Assembly (NCBI GenBank): GCA_963727445.1
Contig: CAVSGI010000010.1
Location: 448,001 to 512,000, forward strand
Direction: 5' to 3'
DNA length: 64,000 bases
DNA from: an uncultured delta proteobacterium
GTDB lineage: Bacteria; Myxococcota_A; Polyangia; Polyangiales; B10-G4
In this document: positions 9,247 through 19,441 of the stretch, piece by piece
How the letters are laid out: the number at the start of each line of letters is the position of its first letter
How positions within the stretch are numbered: position 1 is the first letter of the stretch
Made by a program: the position numbers and the translations under genes
The notes under the pieces: model-generated
Seen by the model: the letters and a program-made list of their open reading frames with translations, nothing else
Told to the model about the DNA's origin: nothing
Databases searched by the model: none

Positions 9247-9939
9247 TCAGCTCGCCTTTTGCGCCGGGTACACGCGGTCGCGCGCCGGAGGGATGAGCTC
9301 GTCGAGCTCGTCCGTGAGCTTGGCGAGGGTCCGCTGCACCTTCGCGACGACGTCCGGGGACAGATCGTCGATCTTGTCGACGAGGGAGGTGAGCCGGCGG
9401 GCGGCTGCACTGGCCCGCTCCATGCGCTCGAGGGCCTCGGCGCCGTCGGGCTTCGCCTTGAGGACGGGATTGAACTCGCGACGCAGCACGGCGACCGGCT
9501 TGTTGTCATCGAAGACGGCGGTCTTGAGCTCGCGGATCACCTCCGGATCGGGCTCGGGGAGCGGCCGCTTCGGGTTGGGCTTGGGGTTGAGCGCCTGCGC
9601 GAAGTAGTCCACCGCGTCCACGCTGGGGATCTCGCTGGCGACGCCGTCGCGCCGCAGCACCTGCGGTGCATGCTCGCGGAGCGTCGCGTAACCGCCAGTG
9701 AGCTTGTCCACCGTGGTGCCGCGGATGTGCAGCTCCTCGTGACAGTAGCTGTGGAGATCGGGATAGCCCCAGCGCTCGTAGGCGCCCGTGTCGCGAACCC
9801 AGGCGATGGCTTCGGCCATCTCCACCCAGCTGCGCTTGAATCGCCGCGCGCGCTGGACGAGCTCCAGCCGCTGCCCGTCGTCTCCCTTCTTCGCCAGGCT
9901 TTCTGCCAATGCGTCGAGCTTCTCGTGGACGGTCGCCAT
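9247..9939 (-). CDS. Hypothetical helical protein, possibly DNA-binding
   Basis: Good coding pattern; motif VRDTGAYERWGYPDLHSYCHEELHI. Confidence 0.75.
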   Translation of the reverse strand: MATVHEKLDALAESLAKKGDDGQRLELVQRARRFKRSWVEMAEAIAWVRDTGAYERWGYPDLHSYCHEELHIRGTTVDKLTGGYATLREHAPQVLRRDGVASEIPSVDAVDYFAQALNPKPNPKRPLPEPDPEVIRELKTAVFDDNKPVAVLRREFNPVLKAKPDGAEALERMERASAAARRLTSLVDKIDDLSPDVVAKVQRTLAKLTDELDELIPPARDRVYPAQKAS

Positions 9940-10026
9940 GGGGCCGTATAGATCGGGCCCAAGGCTCTCGTGAAGGCGTTTTCAAACTCCCGCGGGATCT
10001 CTACCCTTCCCGCCACGGAGGAATGG

Positions 10027-10845
10027 ATGATGCCCCCCAGGTCCACCACGCTGCTCGTCCTCACGGCCCTCGTCGCCGGCGGTCTCGCCGTCGCCTGTGA
10101 CCGGGCCAATCCGCGCGGCGACGCGCCCCCCGCCCGCCGTTTGCCGGAGTCCGAGCGCCAGCAGGTCCAGCAGCAGGCCGAGACGCGCCCCGCCTCGCGT
10201 CCCGAGCCTACCGCCCCGCCGCCCACCAACGCCCCCCCGGAGGCGCCGACCGCGATGGATCCCGAGGTCCGCGCGCGCCTGCTCGACCCGCCCCCCGACG
10301 AGCATGCGCCCGACGAGTTCACCATCGTCCTCGACACCACCGAGGGCGAGGTGTTGATCGACGTCCATCGCGAGTGGGCGCCCGTGGGCGCCGACCGGAT
10401 CTACTCCCTGGTGCGCCTCGGCTACTTCGACGACACGGCGTTCTTCCGCGTGATCGAGGGCTTCATGGCGCAGGTCGGCATTCACGGCGACGGCGCGGTG
10501 AACCGCGCCTGGCGCAGCCGCAACATCCAGGACGACCCCGTCACCCAGTCCAACACGCGCGGCATGGTGACCTTCGCCAAGACGGGGATGCCGAACAGCC
10601 GCGCCACCCAGTTCTTCATCAACTTCGGCGACAACTCGCGCCTCGATCCGATGGGCTTCGCCCCCTTCGGTCGGGTGCGGGACATGAGCGTGGTGGATCG
10701 TCTGTATGCCGGGTACGGGGAAGGGGCGCCCAGCGGGCGGGGCCCGGCCCAGGGCCGACTCCAGATGGAGGGGAATCGTTACCTTCGGGCGGAGTTTCCG
10801 GAGCTCGATTACATCCGCACCGCGCGGATCCAGGGCGAGGAGTAG
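10027..10845 (+). CDS. Cyclophilin-type peptidyl-prolyl isomerase (lipoprotein)
   Basis: FFRVIEGFMAQVG, NTRGMVTFA, SRATQFFIN; lipobox LAVAC. Confidence 0.92.
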   Translation: MMPPRSTTLLVLTALVAGGLAVACDRANPRGDAPPARRLPESERQQVQQQAETRPASRPEPTAPPPTNAPPEAPTAMDPEVRARLLDPPPDEHAPDEFTIVLDTTEGEVLIDVHREWAPVGADRIYSLVRLGYFDDTAFFRVIEGFMAQVGIHGDGAVNRAWRSRNIQDDPVTQSNTRGMVTFAKTGMPNSRATQFFINFGDNSRLDPMGFAPFGRVRDMSVVDRLYAGYGEGAPSGRGPAQGRLQMEGNRYLRAEFPELDYIRTARIQGEE

Positions 10846-10931
10846 GGCGTTTCCGCAGCGCCGAGCCTCTTCGGCATTGAATCTTCGTCTCCGCTGCGCG
10901 TCTGCCTCGCGTGGCTGCTAGGCTGAAGAGC

Positions 10932-11429
10932 GTGAGGCTCCGTCTACTCTCCGTGCTCCTGCTTCTGACCGCCGCGACGGTGGCCCAGGCGCAGGAGGGC
11001 GGCGGCGAAGGCGGGCAGAGCGGCGATGGCGCCGAGGCGACCGGCGGAGGAACCCTGAGGGTTCACATCGTCGCCCTGCGCAACGACGACGGGGACGTCG
11101 GGTGCCTGCTCTTCCGCAGCTCGGACGGTTTCCCCGGCGAGCCCGACAAGGCGGTGCAGAAGGTGGTGGGGGAGTTCGGTCGCAGCAACCGTCGCACGGC
11201 CACCTGCGTCTTCCGCCACGTCCCCGCGGGCCGCTACGCCGTCGTCGTCGGCCACGACGAAAACGGCAACCACCGCATGGACCGCAACGCGCTCGGCATT
11301 CCCAGCGAAGGCTGGGGCACCTCGAGAGATGCCCCCGCCCGTTTCGGTCCTCCCGACTTCGACGACGCCGTCTTCCGCTTCAACGGCCGCCGCCAGCTCG
11401 TCCTCGTGACGATGCGCTACGGCTTCTAG
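10932..11429 (+). CDS. DUF2141-family exported protein
   Basis: GRYAVVVGHDENGNHRMDRNALGIPSEGWGTS...FGPPDFDDA. Confidence 0.85.
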   Translation: MRLRLLSVLLLLTAATVAQAQEGGGEGGQSGDGAEATGGGTLRVHIVALRNDDGDVGCLLFRSSDGFPGEPDKAVQKVVGEFGRSNRRTATCVFRHVPAGRYAVVVGHDENGNHRMDRNALGIPSEGWGTSRDAPARFGPPDFDDAVFRFNGRRQLVLVTMRYGF

Positions 11430-11448
11430 CGGGCGACGACATCAGTCT

Positions 11449-12615
11449 CTAGACGAAGGGCAGGAAGCGGCGCAGGACGTAGCGGCCGCGGCGGAAGATG
11501 GTCTGGGGAGCGAGGGTGCCCGCGCCGACGGCGAAGCCGGTGACGATGGTCGCGCCATAGAAGACCAGGTCGATGGGCGTCGCGTGGTAGGCGATGTGCT
11601 CGCCGAGGCTGAGGTGGGGCTGGACGAGGATCTCGAAGAGCGCCTTGCCCGTGAGGATGCCGGCGAGACCGAAGACCGCGCCGAGGGCGCCGACGCCCTT
11701 GCTGTGCCCCCCACCGAGCTGCGCCGCGCCGACGCCGGTGAAGAGGCCGATGAGGATCGCGCCGTACTTGAACTCGTAGCCGCCGGTCAGCCAGCCCACG
11801 CCGCCCCAGAGGATGGCGCCGAGGATGGCGCCGAGGAGCGCACCGAAGAGGGCGCGGCCGCCGCGGAGCTCCTTGGTCGCCTGCGTCGCGGGCGCATGGC
11901 TCGGCGCGGCGTTCGCGGAGCTCGGCCCGGCGGGCGGCGCGGGCGTGGGGATGGGCGCCGCGAAGTACGCGGGGCTCTGGTTCTGGTTCGCGTAGGACAC
12001 GCCCCCGGCGTCTGCGACGAGCGGCTGGGTCGCTTCCGGGGCGACCACCGGGAGCGCGACGACGTTGTGCCCATAGGAGGGCGCGGGCGCAGCAGACTGC
12101 GCGCTGAAGGCGGGCATGGCCATGGTGGGCGGCAGGGAGGGCTGGCTCTGGTAGGGCGGGTAGACCGGCGCCTCCATCGTGGGGGCGAAGGCGGCCGGCT
12201 GCACCGCCGGCATCGCCTGGGTGGGGGGCAGGGTGGTGTCGGCGTCGGTGGCTGCTGACATCATCACCATGGTCGGGCCGTAGCCACCATCGTCGTCCTC
12301 TTCGGTGCAGAAGACGCCGGTCTCCTCGTGGCGTGGCACGAAGGCAGCGGCCTGCGGGTAGCCTCGCAGCGGCTCGGTGAAGGTGTGCTGCACGGGCGTC
12401 GAGGGGTAGCCCTTCGCGAGCTTGGTGCGGCTGGCGGGAATGACGCCGCTCTCGGCGTAGCCGAACTCCTGGGCTTCTTCAGCCTGCCTCGCCTCGGCCT
12501 CGGCCTGATCGGCGATCATGGCGAGGTAGGGGCTCGGGCAGACCACCGTGGCCTCTTCGTCCATGTCGTCGTGGTCGGCGGCGGCGTGTGGGAAGGCGTG
12601 TGAGTAGGCGTGCAT
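11449..12615 (-). CDS. Hypothetical membrane protein with Pro/Ala-rich N-terminus and C-terminal TM helices
   Basis: Coding-like ORF with about 4 hydrophobic segments at the C-terminus. Confidence 0.65.
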   Translation of the reverse strand: MHAYSHAFPHAAADHDDMDEEATVVCPSPYLAMIADQAEAEARQAEEAQEFGYAESGVIPASRTKLAKGYPSTPVQHTFTEPLRGYPQAAAFVPRHEETGVFCTEEDDDGGYGPTMVMMSAATDADTTLPPTQAMPAVQPAAFAPTMEAPVYPPYQSQPSLPPTMAMPAFSAQSAAPAPSYGHNVVALPVVAPEATQPLVADAGGVSYANQNQSPAYFAAPIPTPAPPAGPSSANAAPSHAPATQATKELRGGRALFGALLGAILGAILWGGVGWLTGGYEFKYGAILIGLFTGVGAAQLGGGHSKGVGALGAVFGLAGILTGKALFEILVQPHLSLGEHIAYHATPIDLVFYGATIVTGFAVGAGTLAPQTIFRRGRYVLRRFLPFV

Positions 12616-12628
12616 GGTCCGATGTGAG

Positions 12629-12644
12629 AGCACGGAGCATGCCG
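12629..12644 (-). promoter_or_regulatory. Putative sigma54 -24/-12 promoter
   Basis: CGGCATG-CTCC-GTGCT (GG-N10-GC) just upstream of ATG 12615. Confidence 0.45.
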
Positions 12645-12806
12645 CCCTGGGGTCCGCGAAATCGCTTCGGATCCGGGTCTTGCGCGATACTGGAGCTGCC
12701 TAACAATGCAAACCTTGCCCGACCGAATCGTGCTCAGGGGCTTCGCCGGCGGAGCCGCCAAGCACAGCTCGACGGTCTCGGGGCGGGTGGTTAGCATGCA
12801 CGCCCC

Positions 12807-14510
12807 ATGGCCGAAAAAAGGGAAAGTCGAGCCGCTGAAGGGGACGAAGGTCCCGGAAATTTCGTGGCGGAGTTGGTTCGGGAGGACCTCGCGGCGGGGC
12901 GCGTCTCCGAGGTCCGGACGCGCTTTCCCCCGGAGCCGAACGGCTACCTCCACGTCGGCCACGCCAAGAGCATCGTCCTCAACTTCGGTCTCGCCGCCGA
13001 GTTCGGGGGGACCTGCAACCTGCGCTTCGACGACACCAATCCCGAGGCCGAGGACGTCGAGTACGTCGACTCCATCAAGGAGGACATCCGCTGGCTCGGC
13101 TATTCGTGGGACGCCGAGCTCTACGCGTCGGATTACTTCGAGCAGCTCCACGCCTGGGCCGTCCAGATGATCGAAGCCGGAAAGGCCTACGTAGACAGCC
13201 GGAGCATCGACGAGATCCGCGCCACCCGAGGCGACTTCCACAAGCCGGGCGTGAACAGCCCCTATCGCGATCGCACGGTCGACGAGAACCTCGCGCTCTT
13301 CGCGCAGATGCGCGCTGGCGAGCTCGAGGAAGGCGCGCACGTGCTCCGGGCGAAGATCGACATGCAGTCGCGCGATCTCAAGCTGCGTGACCCGCTCATG
13401 TATCGCATTCGCAAGGTCGCGCATCATCGCACCGGCGACGCGTGGTGCATCTACCCGATGTACGACTGGGCGCACGGTCAGTCGGACGCGATCGAAGGGA
13501 TCACCCACTCGGTCTGTACGCTCGAGTTCCAGAACCACCGCGGGCTCTACGACTGGTTCCTGAAGACGGTCGGCGCCGATCCAGCGCCCAAGCAGATCGA
13601 GTTCGCGCGCCTCAACCTGGCGTACACGGTGCTCTCCAAGCGGCGCCTCTTGCAGCTGGTGAAGGAGAAGCACGTCCGCGGATGGGACGATCCACGCATG
13701 CCCACCATCGCCGGCATGCGTCGCCGCGGCTACCCGCCCGAGGCGCTGGTGAAGTTCTGCGAGCGCGTGGGCGTGTCGAAGAACGACGGGATCGTCGACA
13801 TCACCCTCTTCGAGCACACCCTCCGCGAGGATCTCAACGCGCGCTGCCCGCGCTACATGGGGGTGATCGATCCGCTCAAGGTGGTGATCGAAAACCTCGA
13901 GGAAGGCGTCGTCCACGAAGTGGACGCGCCGCTTTCGCCGGACGATGCCAGCGTCGGCTCCCGCAAGGTCGCGCTCACGCGCGAGGTGTGGGTCGAGCGC
14001 GACGACTTCATGGAGGAGGCGCCCAAGAAGTGGTTCCGCATGGCGCCCGGCAAAGAGGTGCGCCTCCGCTATGGCTGCCTGGTGACGGTGAAGGACGTGA
14101 TCAAGGACGACGACGGCCATGTGGTCGAGCTCCGCTGCACGTGGGATCCCGGCTCGCTCGGGGGGGACGCGCCCGACGGACGCAAGGTTCGCGGGACCAT
14201 CCACTGGGTCTCGGCGGCGCGCGCGGTCGAGGCCGAAGTGCGCCTCTACGATCGGCTCTTCACGGTGGAAGACCCGATGGACGTACCGGAGGGAGGCGAC
14301 TTCCTCGACGCGCTCAACCCCGACTCCCTGGTGCTTCAAAAGAGCGCCAAGCTCGAAGCCGCCCTGGCCGGCCATCCGGCGGGGACGCGCGTCCAGCTCG
14401 AGCGCATCGGCTACTTCTGCTTCGATCCCGACGAAACCGAGGCGCGACCGGTGCTGAACCGCACCATCGCGCTCCGCGACTCCTGGGCGAAGATCGCCAA
14501 GAAGAGCTGA
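12807..14510 (+). CDS. glnS: Glutamine--tRNA ligase
   Basis: TRFPPEPNGYLHVGHAKS, WCIYPMYD, VLSKR, GWDDPRMPTI. Confidence 0.97.
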   Translation: MAEKRESRAAEGDEGPGNFVAELVREDLAAGRVSEVRTRFPPEPNGYLHVGHAKSIVLNFGLAAEFGGTCNLRFDDTNPEAEDVEYVDSIKEDIRWLGYSWDAELYASDYFEQLHAWAVQMIEAGKAYVDSRSIDEIRATRGDFHKPGVNSPYRDRTVDENLALFAQMRAGELEEGAHVLRAKIDMQSRDLKLRDPLMYRIRKVAHHRTGDAWCIYPMYDWAHGQSDAIEGITHSVCTLEFQNHRGLYDWFLKTVGADPAPKQIEFARLNLAYTVLSKRRLLQLVKEKHVRGWDDPRMPTIAGMRRRGYPPEALVKFCERVGVSKNDGIVDITLFEHTLREDLNARCPRYMGVIDPLKVVIENLEEGVVHEVDAPLSPDDASVGSRKVALTREVWVERDDFMEEAPKKWFRMAPGKEVRLRYGCLVTVKDVIKDDDGHVVELRCTWDPGSLGGDAPDGRKVRGTIHWVSAARAVEAEVRLYDRLFTVEDPMDVPEGGDFLDALNPDSLVLQKSAKLEAALAGHPAGTRVQLERIGYFCFDPDETEARPVLNRTIALRDSWAKIAKKS

Positions 14511-14568
14511 GCCGAGCACGTCTCGAGCCGCCTGCCCTCGGCGGTCTCTGCCTGCTACCATTCAGGGG

Positions 14569-16356
14569 ATGCGCAGTACGGCTTGTCTTTTGCTGATCGC
14601 GGTGGCGGTCGTGTTCGGTGGGTGTGCCGCGGAGGAGCCGGTGGGCGAGGCGAACGCGCCCATCATCATGGGAACGCGCGAGACCGGCCAGCCGTCGGTG
14701 GTCGCCGTGGTGCGGGTCAACGGTCGTGGCGCCATCATCGGCATCTGCTCGGGGACGGCGATCTCCGATCGGCACGTGCTCACTGCGAAGCACTGCGTCT
14801 TCAACGAGAACGCCGACGGGACCTTCACCGCGCTCGGGGCGTCGAGCTTCCGGGTCCTCCCAGGCAACGACATCACTCGGCCGACCTCGACCCAGGTCGT
14901 CGATCAGATCGCCACCACACCCGGCGTCTACACCGACGATCAGGCGTCGATGGGCCTCGACGTCGCGGTTCTGCGGACGTCCTCGCGCCACGGCATACCG
15001 CCACTCGAGGTGGCGCGGGCGCAGCCGCGTCCGCGAAACCGCCTCCGCATCGTGGGCTTCGGGCGGACGTCGTCCACCAGCAGCGCCTCCGGCCGGAAAT
15101 TCTCGGGCAATGCCCGCGTGCGTGAGGTCTTCCGCGGCGTGTTCGACACGGGCGGTCCCTCCTGGACCTGCCAGGGGGACAGCGGCGGGCCGGCAATCGA
15201 CGCTGCAGGGCGCGTCACCGGTGTGACCAGCTTCGGCCTCGACGAGAACTGCACCGACTCCGAGGTCTACTTCACCGAGGTGGCGAGCAACGTTCCCTTC
15301 ATCGAGAGTGTGATCGGCACGGCGCCGTGTACCTCGCGGACCGAGACCTGTAACGGCGCCGATGACGATTGCAACGGCGTGGTCGACGACGGATGCGGCG
15401 AGATCGGCGATGCATGTTTCGGTGACGACGAGTGTGTGAGCGGGATGTGTCGCGTCGTGGACGGCAATCCGGTCTGCATCCAGGAGTGCGAGTCGGCCTC
15501 CGCCGATCCGGGATGCCCCGATGGGTACGTCTGCGACGTCACGGGCTGCAACGTCGGCACCTGCGTCGCCGGCGCGCCCGGGCCCTCCCCGGTGGACACG
15601 CCCTGCACCGCCAACAGCGACTGCGAGACCAACTTCTGCTTCGAGCTCGACGATGGCTCGAGCGTCTGCGCGCGCCAGTGCCAGGAGGGCGGCGAGCCGT
15701 GCTCCACCGGGAGGGTCTGCATCACCGAAGGCTTCCCCTGCGGCTCCTGCGTGGTGCCCGCGCCGGGCGATCCGCTCCCCTTCGGCTCGGCATGCAGCGA
15801 CGATTCGGAGTGCATCGGGATGATCTGCCGCGCCGCCGCCTGCACCCGAAGCTGCACGGCCGACGGCGACTGCCCGACGGGGAACCGATGCAGCGGCGGC
15901 GTGTGCGTCTCGGGCGCGGCGGTGCCGCCTTTCGGGCCGTGCACCGACTCCCTCGAGTGCGAGGACACCGCGCCGGTCTGCGCCCCCGTGGATGGCGAGA
16001 ACGTGTGCCTCGCCGAGTGCCCGCTGGGCAGCTGCGCCGGCGACGCCGTTTGTCAGGACGGGCTGTGCTTCCCCTCCGGCCTCGCGCTGGGTGATCCATG
16101 CGCACAAAACCTCGAGTGTCGAAGCGGCATCTGCGCGGGCACGTGCACGCGCGTATGTACGGCGGACGCGGACTGCCCGGACGGCTTCTCCTGCAACCCC
16201 GCTGGTGAGGTCTCGGGCTGCTTCCCCCTTCCGGACAGCACGCCGCCGGCCGACGGTCGCGGAGGATGCGCCGTGAGCGCGTCGGGGCCAGGCGCGACCG
16301 CTCCCATCGCCTTCGCCCTCGGCGCGCTGCTCCTCTTCAGCCGACGCCGACGATGA
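14569..16356 (+). CDS. Trypsin-like S1 serine protease with Cys-rich repeats and MYXO-CTERM-like tail
   Basis: [20 protein letters not shown]-terminus GGCAV-hydrophobic-RRRR. Confidence 0.9.
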   Translation: MRSTACLLLIAVAVVFGGCAAEEPVGEANAPIIMGTRETGQPSVVAVVRVNGRGAIIGICSGTAISDRHVLTAKHCVFNENADGTFTALGASSFRVLPGNDITRPTSTQVVDQIATTPGVYTDDQASMGLDVAVLRTSSRHGIPPLEVARAQPRPRNRLRIVGFGRTSSTSSASGRKFSGNARVREVFRGVFDTGGPSWTCQGDSGGPAIDAAGRVTGVTSFGLDENCTDSEVYFTEVASNVPFIESVIGTAPCTSRTETCNGADDDCNGVVDDGCGEIGDACFGDDECVSGMCRVVDGNPVCIQECESASADPGCPDGYVCDVTGCNVGTCVAGAPGPSPVDTPCTANSDCETNFCFELDDGSSVCARQCQEGGEPCSTGRVCITEGFPCGSCVVPAPGDPLPFGSACSDDSECIGMICRAAACTRSCTADGDCPTGNRCSGGVCVSGAAVPPFGPCTDSLECEDTAPVCAPVDGENVCLAECPLGSCAGDAVCQDGLCFPSGLALGDPCAQNLECRSGICAGTCTRVCTADADCPDGFSCNPAGEVSGCFPLPDSTPPADGRGGCAVSASGPGATAPIAFALGALLLFSRRRR

Positions 16357-17077
16357 GCTCGCGCTCCCGGTCGGCGCGCACGGTCCATCGCTTTTCGGGA
16401 TCGGCCTCTCGGGAGTCGCAGAGCTCGGCGAGGGGGCAGTGCGTGCAGTCCGGGGTCTTGGCCTTGCACAGATAGCGGCCGTGGAGGACGAGCTGGTGGC
16501 TCACGAGGATCCAGCTCCGCTTCGGCACCAGCGCCATCAGGGCCTCTTCGACCTTCACCGGATCCTGCGCGTCGGTGAGACCCAGACGCCGCGCCACGCG
16601 TCCGACGTGCGTGTCCACCACGATTCCGCTCGAGAGGCCGTAGGCGGCGCCGAGCACGACGTTCGCGGTCTTGCGCGCGACGCCCGGCAGGCGCGTGATC
16701 TTCGCCATCGTCCTGGGCACCTCGCCCCCGAACTCGTCGGCGATCATCTTGCTGGCGGCTTGAATGGCGGCCGCCTTGTTGCGGAAGTAGCCGGTGGGCC
16801 GGACGATCTCCTGTACGTCCTCCGGCTCGGCCTCGGCCAGCGCAGCCGGGGTGGGGTAGCGCTCGAAGAGCTTCGGCGTGACGCGGTTGATGGTCACGTC
16901 CGTGCTCTGCGCGGCGAGGATGGTCGCCACCAGGAGCTGCCAGGGCGTTTCGAAGTCCAGCTCGACCCGGGCGACCGGCATCACCCGCTTGAGCCGTTTG
17001 CGGATGGCGTCCATGCGCTTCTTGAGCGCTTCGGGCGGGGCGTCGGCTTGCCGCTTCGTCTCGGGGGCTCTAGTCAT
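16337..17077 (-). CDS. nth: Endonuclease III
   Basis: [32 protein letters not shown], and the 4Fe-4S motif [17 protein letters not shown]. Confidence 0.95.
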   Translation of the reverse strand: MTRAPETKRQADAPPEALKKRMDAIRKRLKRVMPVARVELDFETPWQLLVATILAAQSTDVTINRVTPKLFERYPTPAALAEAEPEDVQEIVRPTGYFRNKAAAIQAASKMIADEFGGEVPRTMAKITRLPGVARKTANVVLGAAYGLSSGIVVDTHVGRVARRLGLTDAQDPVKVEEALMALVPKRSWILVSHQLVLHGRYLCKAKTPDCTHCPLAELCDSREADPEKRWTVRADRERELIVGVG

Positions 17078-17137
17078 AGCTGGCCAGCGGCCCGCATGTT
17101 ACAGGGGCGGCTGGGTTTCGACGAGACCGAGAAGAGC

Positions 17138-18070
17138 ATGAGCCCCGAGCCCAAGCGCTACGAAGACCTGGAGACGGCGATCGACTCCGTGGTGAAGAGC
17201 TACGACGGGGGCCAGCCCATCGACAACCTCGAGAGCGCGGCGCTGCCCAACAGCCGCGCGGTGGTCGAGGCGATGCGTCACCTCGAGCCCGTCATCTACA
17301 TGGGCTTCTTCAGCACCCGGCCGCTGAACCGCGACAACCTCCGTCACGGCATCGCCGAGCACCTCTACGCGGCCCACGAGCTGCTCGTCGCGCAGATCGA
17401 GCGCGCCGCCAACTACGATCATTGGATCGGTCGCAGCCCCAAGCCGCCTGCCGCCGGGTCCGGCGAGGCCGTGGTGCTCGCGCTCTTCAGCGCGCTGCCG
17501 AAGATCCGCGCGATGCTCGACCTCGACGTCATGGCGGCCTACGAGGGCGACCCTGCGGCGCTCAGCGTCGAGGAGGTCGTCTTCAGCTATCCCGCCATCA
17601 AGGCGCTCACCGCCTATCGCATCGCGCACGAGCTCCGCCGACTCGGCGCACCGATGCTGCCGCGCATCATCAGCGAGGACGCGCACTCGCGCACGGGCAT
17701 CGACATCAACCCGGGTGCCACCATCGGCAAGTCCTTCTTCATCGACCACGGCACCGGTGTGGTGATCGGCGAGACCGCCGTCATCGGCGATCGCGTCAAG
17801 GTCTACCAGGGCGTGACCCTCGGTGCGCTCTCGGTCCCCGGGCGAAAAGGGAGGAACGGGAGCAGTCCTCCGAGCGAGCACGGTGAAAAGCGTCATCCCA
17901 CCATCGAGGACGACGTCACCATCTACTCGGGCGCGACCATCCTCGGCGGCGACACCGTCATCGGGAAGGGCTCCGTGATCGGCGGCAACGTGTGGCTGGT
18001 GCGTTCGGTGCCGCCCGGCTCCAAGGTCTTCGGTCGCGGCAAGGACGCGCCGAGCGCCGACGAGCAATGA
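17138..18070 (+). CDS. cysE: Serine O-acetyltransferase (EpsC/CysE type)
   Basis: [38 protein letters not shown]. Confidence 0.92.
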   Translation: MSPEPKRYEDLETAIDSVVKSYDGGQPIDNLESAALPNSRAVVEAMRHLEPVIYMGFFSTRPLNRDNLRHGIAEHLYAAHELLVAQIERAANYDHWIGRSPKPPAAGSGEAVVLALFSALPKIRAMLDLDVMAAYEGDPAALSVEEVVFSYPAIKALTAYRIAHELRRLGAPMLPRIISEDAHSRTGIDINPGATIGKSFFIDHGTGVVIGETAVIGDRVKVYQGVTLGALSVPGRKGRNGSSPPSEHGEKRHPTIEDDVTIYSGATILGGDTVIGKGSVIGGNVWLVRSVPPGSKVFGRGKDAPSADEQ

Positions 18071-18083
18071 AGGGCTGACGGCG

Positions 18084-18662
18084 ATGCCGTTCCCCTATTA
18101 CTACCGCCTCTCCAAGGCCGACAAGCGGACCTATCGGAAGAGCGACGAATACGATCGGATCGTTCTTCCGGACGCGGCGGCGCTCCGCGACGCGGCGAAG
18201 GTGCTGGAGTCTGCGCTGGCAGCGGACGATCGCGTCGCGGTGGAGCGAGGCGCGCAGAAGCTCCTCTCGCTCGCATCTCATCAGCTCGGGGTCGGAGCCG
18301 TCTCGGTACGTGTCCTCGACGTGCGACCGTCGGACGCCGAATCGGAGCTCCACGGCTTGTACGTGCGCGAGGAAGACGCGACCCCGGTGATCCACGTTTG
18401 GATGCGCACCGCGGCCAAGAAGCACGTCGTCGCGTTCCGCACCTTCCTGAGGACGCTGCTCCACGAGCTCTGCCACCACCTCGACTACGAGCTGCTCGAT
18501 CTCGAGGACTCGTTCCATACCGAGGGCTTCTTTCAGCGCGAATCGGCGCTGGTGCGCGACATCGCCGGGCCCGGCAAGCGTCGCGGGAAGAAGGCCGCCC
18601 AGGAGCCGGAGGCGGTCGAGGTCGCGGCGGGGAAGAAGCCCGAGCAGCTGAAGCTCTTCTGA
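18084..18662 (+). CDS. HEXXH zinc metalloprotease, WLM(Wss1)/SprT-like, with C-terminal QLKLF
   Basis: LHGLY...TLLHELCHH...SFHTEGFF; protein ends in EQLKLF. Confidence 0.65.
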   Translation: MPFPYYYRLSKADKRTYRKSDEYDRIVLPDAAALRDAAKVLESALAADDRVAVERGAQKLLSLASHQLGVGAVSVRVLDVRPSDAESELHGLYVREEDATPVIHVWMRTAAKKHVVAFRTFLRTLLHELCHHLDYELLDLEDSFHTEGFFQRESALVRDIAGPGKRRGKKAAQEPEAVEVAAGKKPEQLKLF

Positions 18663-18694
18663 GCGCTGCCGCCGCTCTGGTACGCTCCGCCGCC

Positions 18695-19441
18695 ATGCGG
18701 AAAAGAACGCTCGCTCTGTGCCCCGCCCTCGTCGTCGTGCTCGCCTCTGCCTGTGGCGGCTCGGCGCCCGAAACCGCCGAGCCGGTGGAGCCGGCTCCCG
18801 AGACCGCCGGCGGCGAGACGGCCGAACCGGTGGTCCTGCGCACCACGACGCCGGTGCCGGTGCCTCAGCCCGCGGTGGCGCGCGAGGAGCTGGCGGATGC
18901 CTTGCAGCAGCTCTGGACGCGCGCCGAGGAGATCGTCGCCGATAGCGCCCCCGAGCCACCGACCGAGGGCACGACCGAAGCCCTCGCGGCGTGGGCCGAC
19001 GATCCCTTCCTGCCGTGGGTGAACGGGCGGCGGGAAGCCATCGAAGGCGCCGAGCCCTTCGTCGAGGCGATCGGTGAGGATCCGGTGCAGCGCTCGGTCG
19101 CCGCAGCTCTGTTCGGCTACATGTACGAGGACACGGCCGCCGGGATCCGCGGGGCGCCGGTGCCCGCGGAGATCGCCTCTGATCCGGAGCTCCTCGACAT
19201 CTACGTGCAGACCCTCGACGAGCAGCTGCACCCCTTCGCCCAGCGCGCGCTCGAGAGCTACGCGTACTGCGCGACGACGCTGGCCAACCTCGGGGAGACC
19301 CCCTGGGTCAGCTGGGCCTCATATTGCCTCGAGCGCGGTCGCGACGTGGGCGCCGTCTTCGAGCTCGGCGCCGCCGCCGAAGAGGAGACGGAAGACGCCG
19401 CGGCCACCGCAGAAGATAGAGCCGCTCAGCCTCCGAGATAG
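18695..19441 (+). CDS. Hypothetical helical lipoprotein
   Basis: Lipobox LASAC. Confidence 0.7.
   Translation: MRKRTLALCPALVVVLASACGGSAPETAEPVEPAPETAGGETAEPVVLRTTTPVPVPQPAVAREELADALQQLWTRAEEIVADSAPEPPTEGTTEALAAWADDPFLPWVNGRREAIEGAEPFVEAIGEDPVQRSVAAALFGYMYEDTAAGIRGAPVPAEIASDPELLDIYVQTLDEQLHPFAQRALESYAYCATTLANLGETPWVSWASYCLERGRDVGAVFELGAAAEEETEDAAATAEDRAAQPPR

Noticed and set aside
12516..14561. Long antisense ORFs (also 153..1301, 22965..24767, 25653..27263, 35959..37716, 61794..63341)
   Set aside because: Shadow ORFs typical of high-GC codon bias opposite well-supported genes; no motifs.
16439..17137. Long N-terminal extensions on cysE (also on polX, the primase-polymerase, msrA and the AlkA-like gene)
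   Set aside because: They overlap neighbouring real genes. Downstream starts match family N-termini and -10/SD signals.
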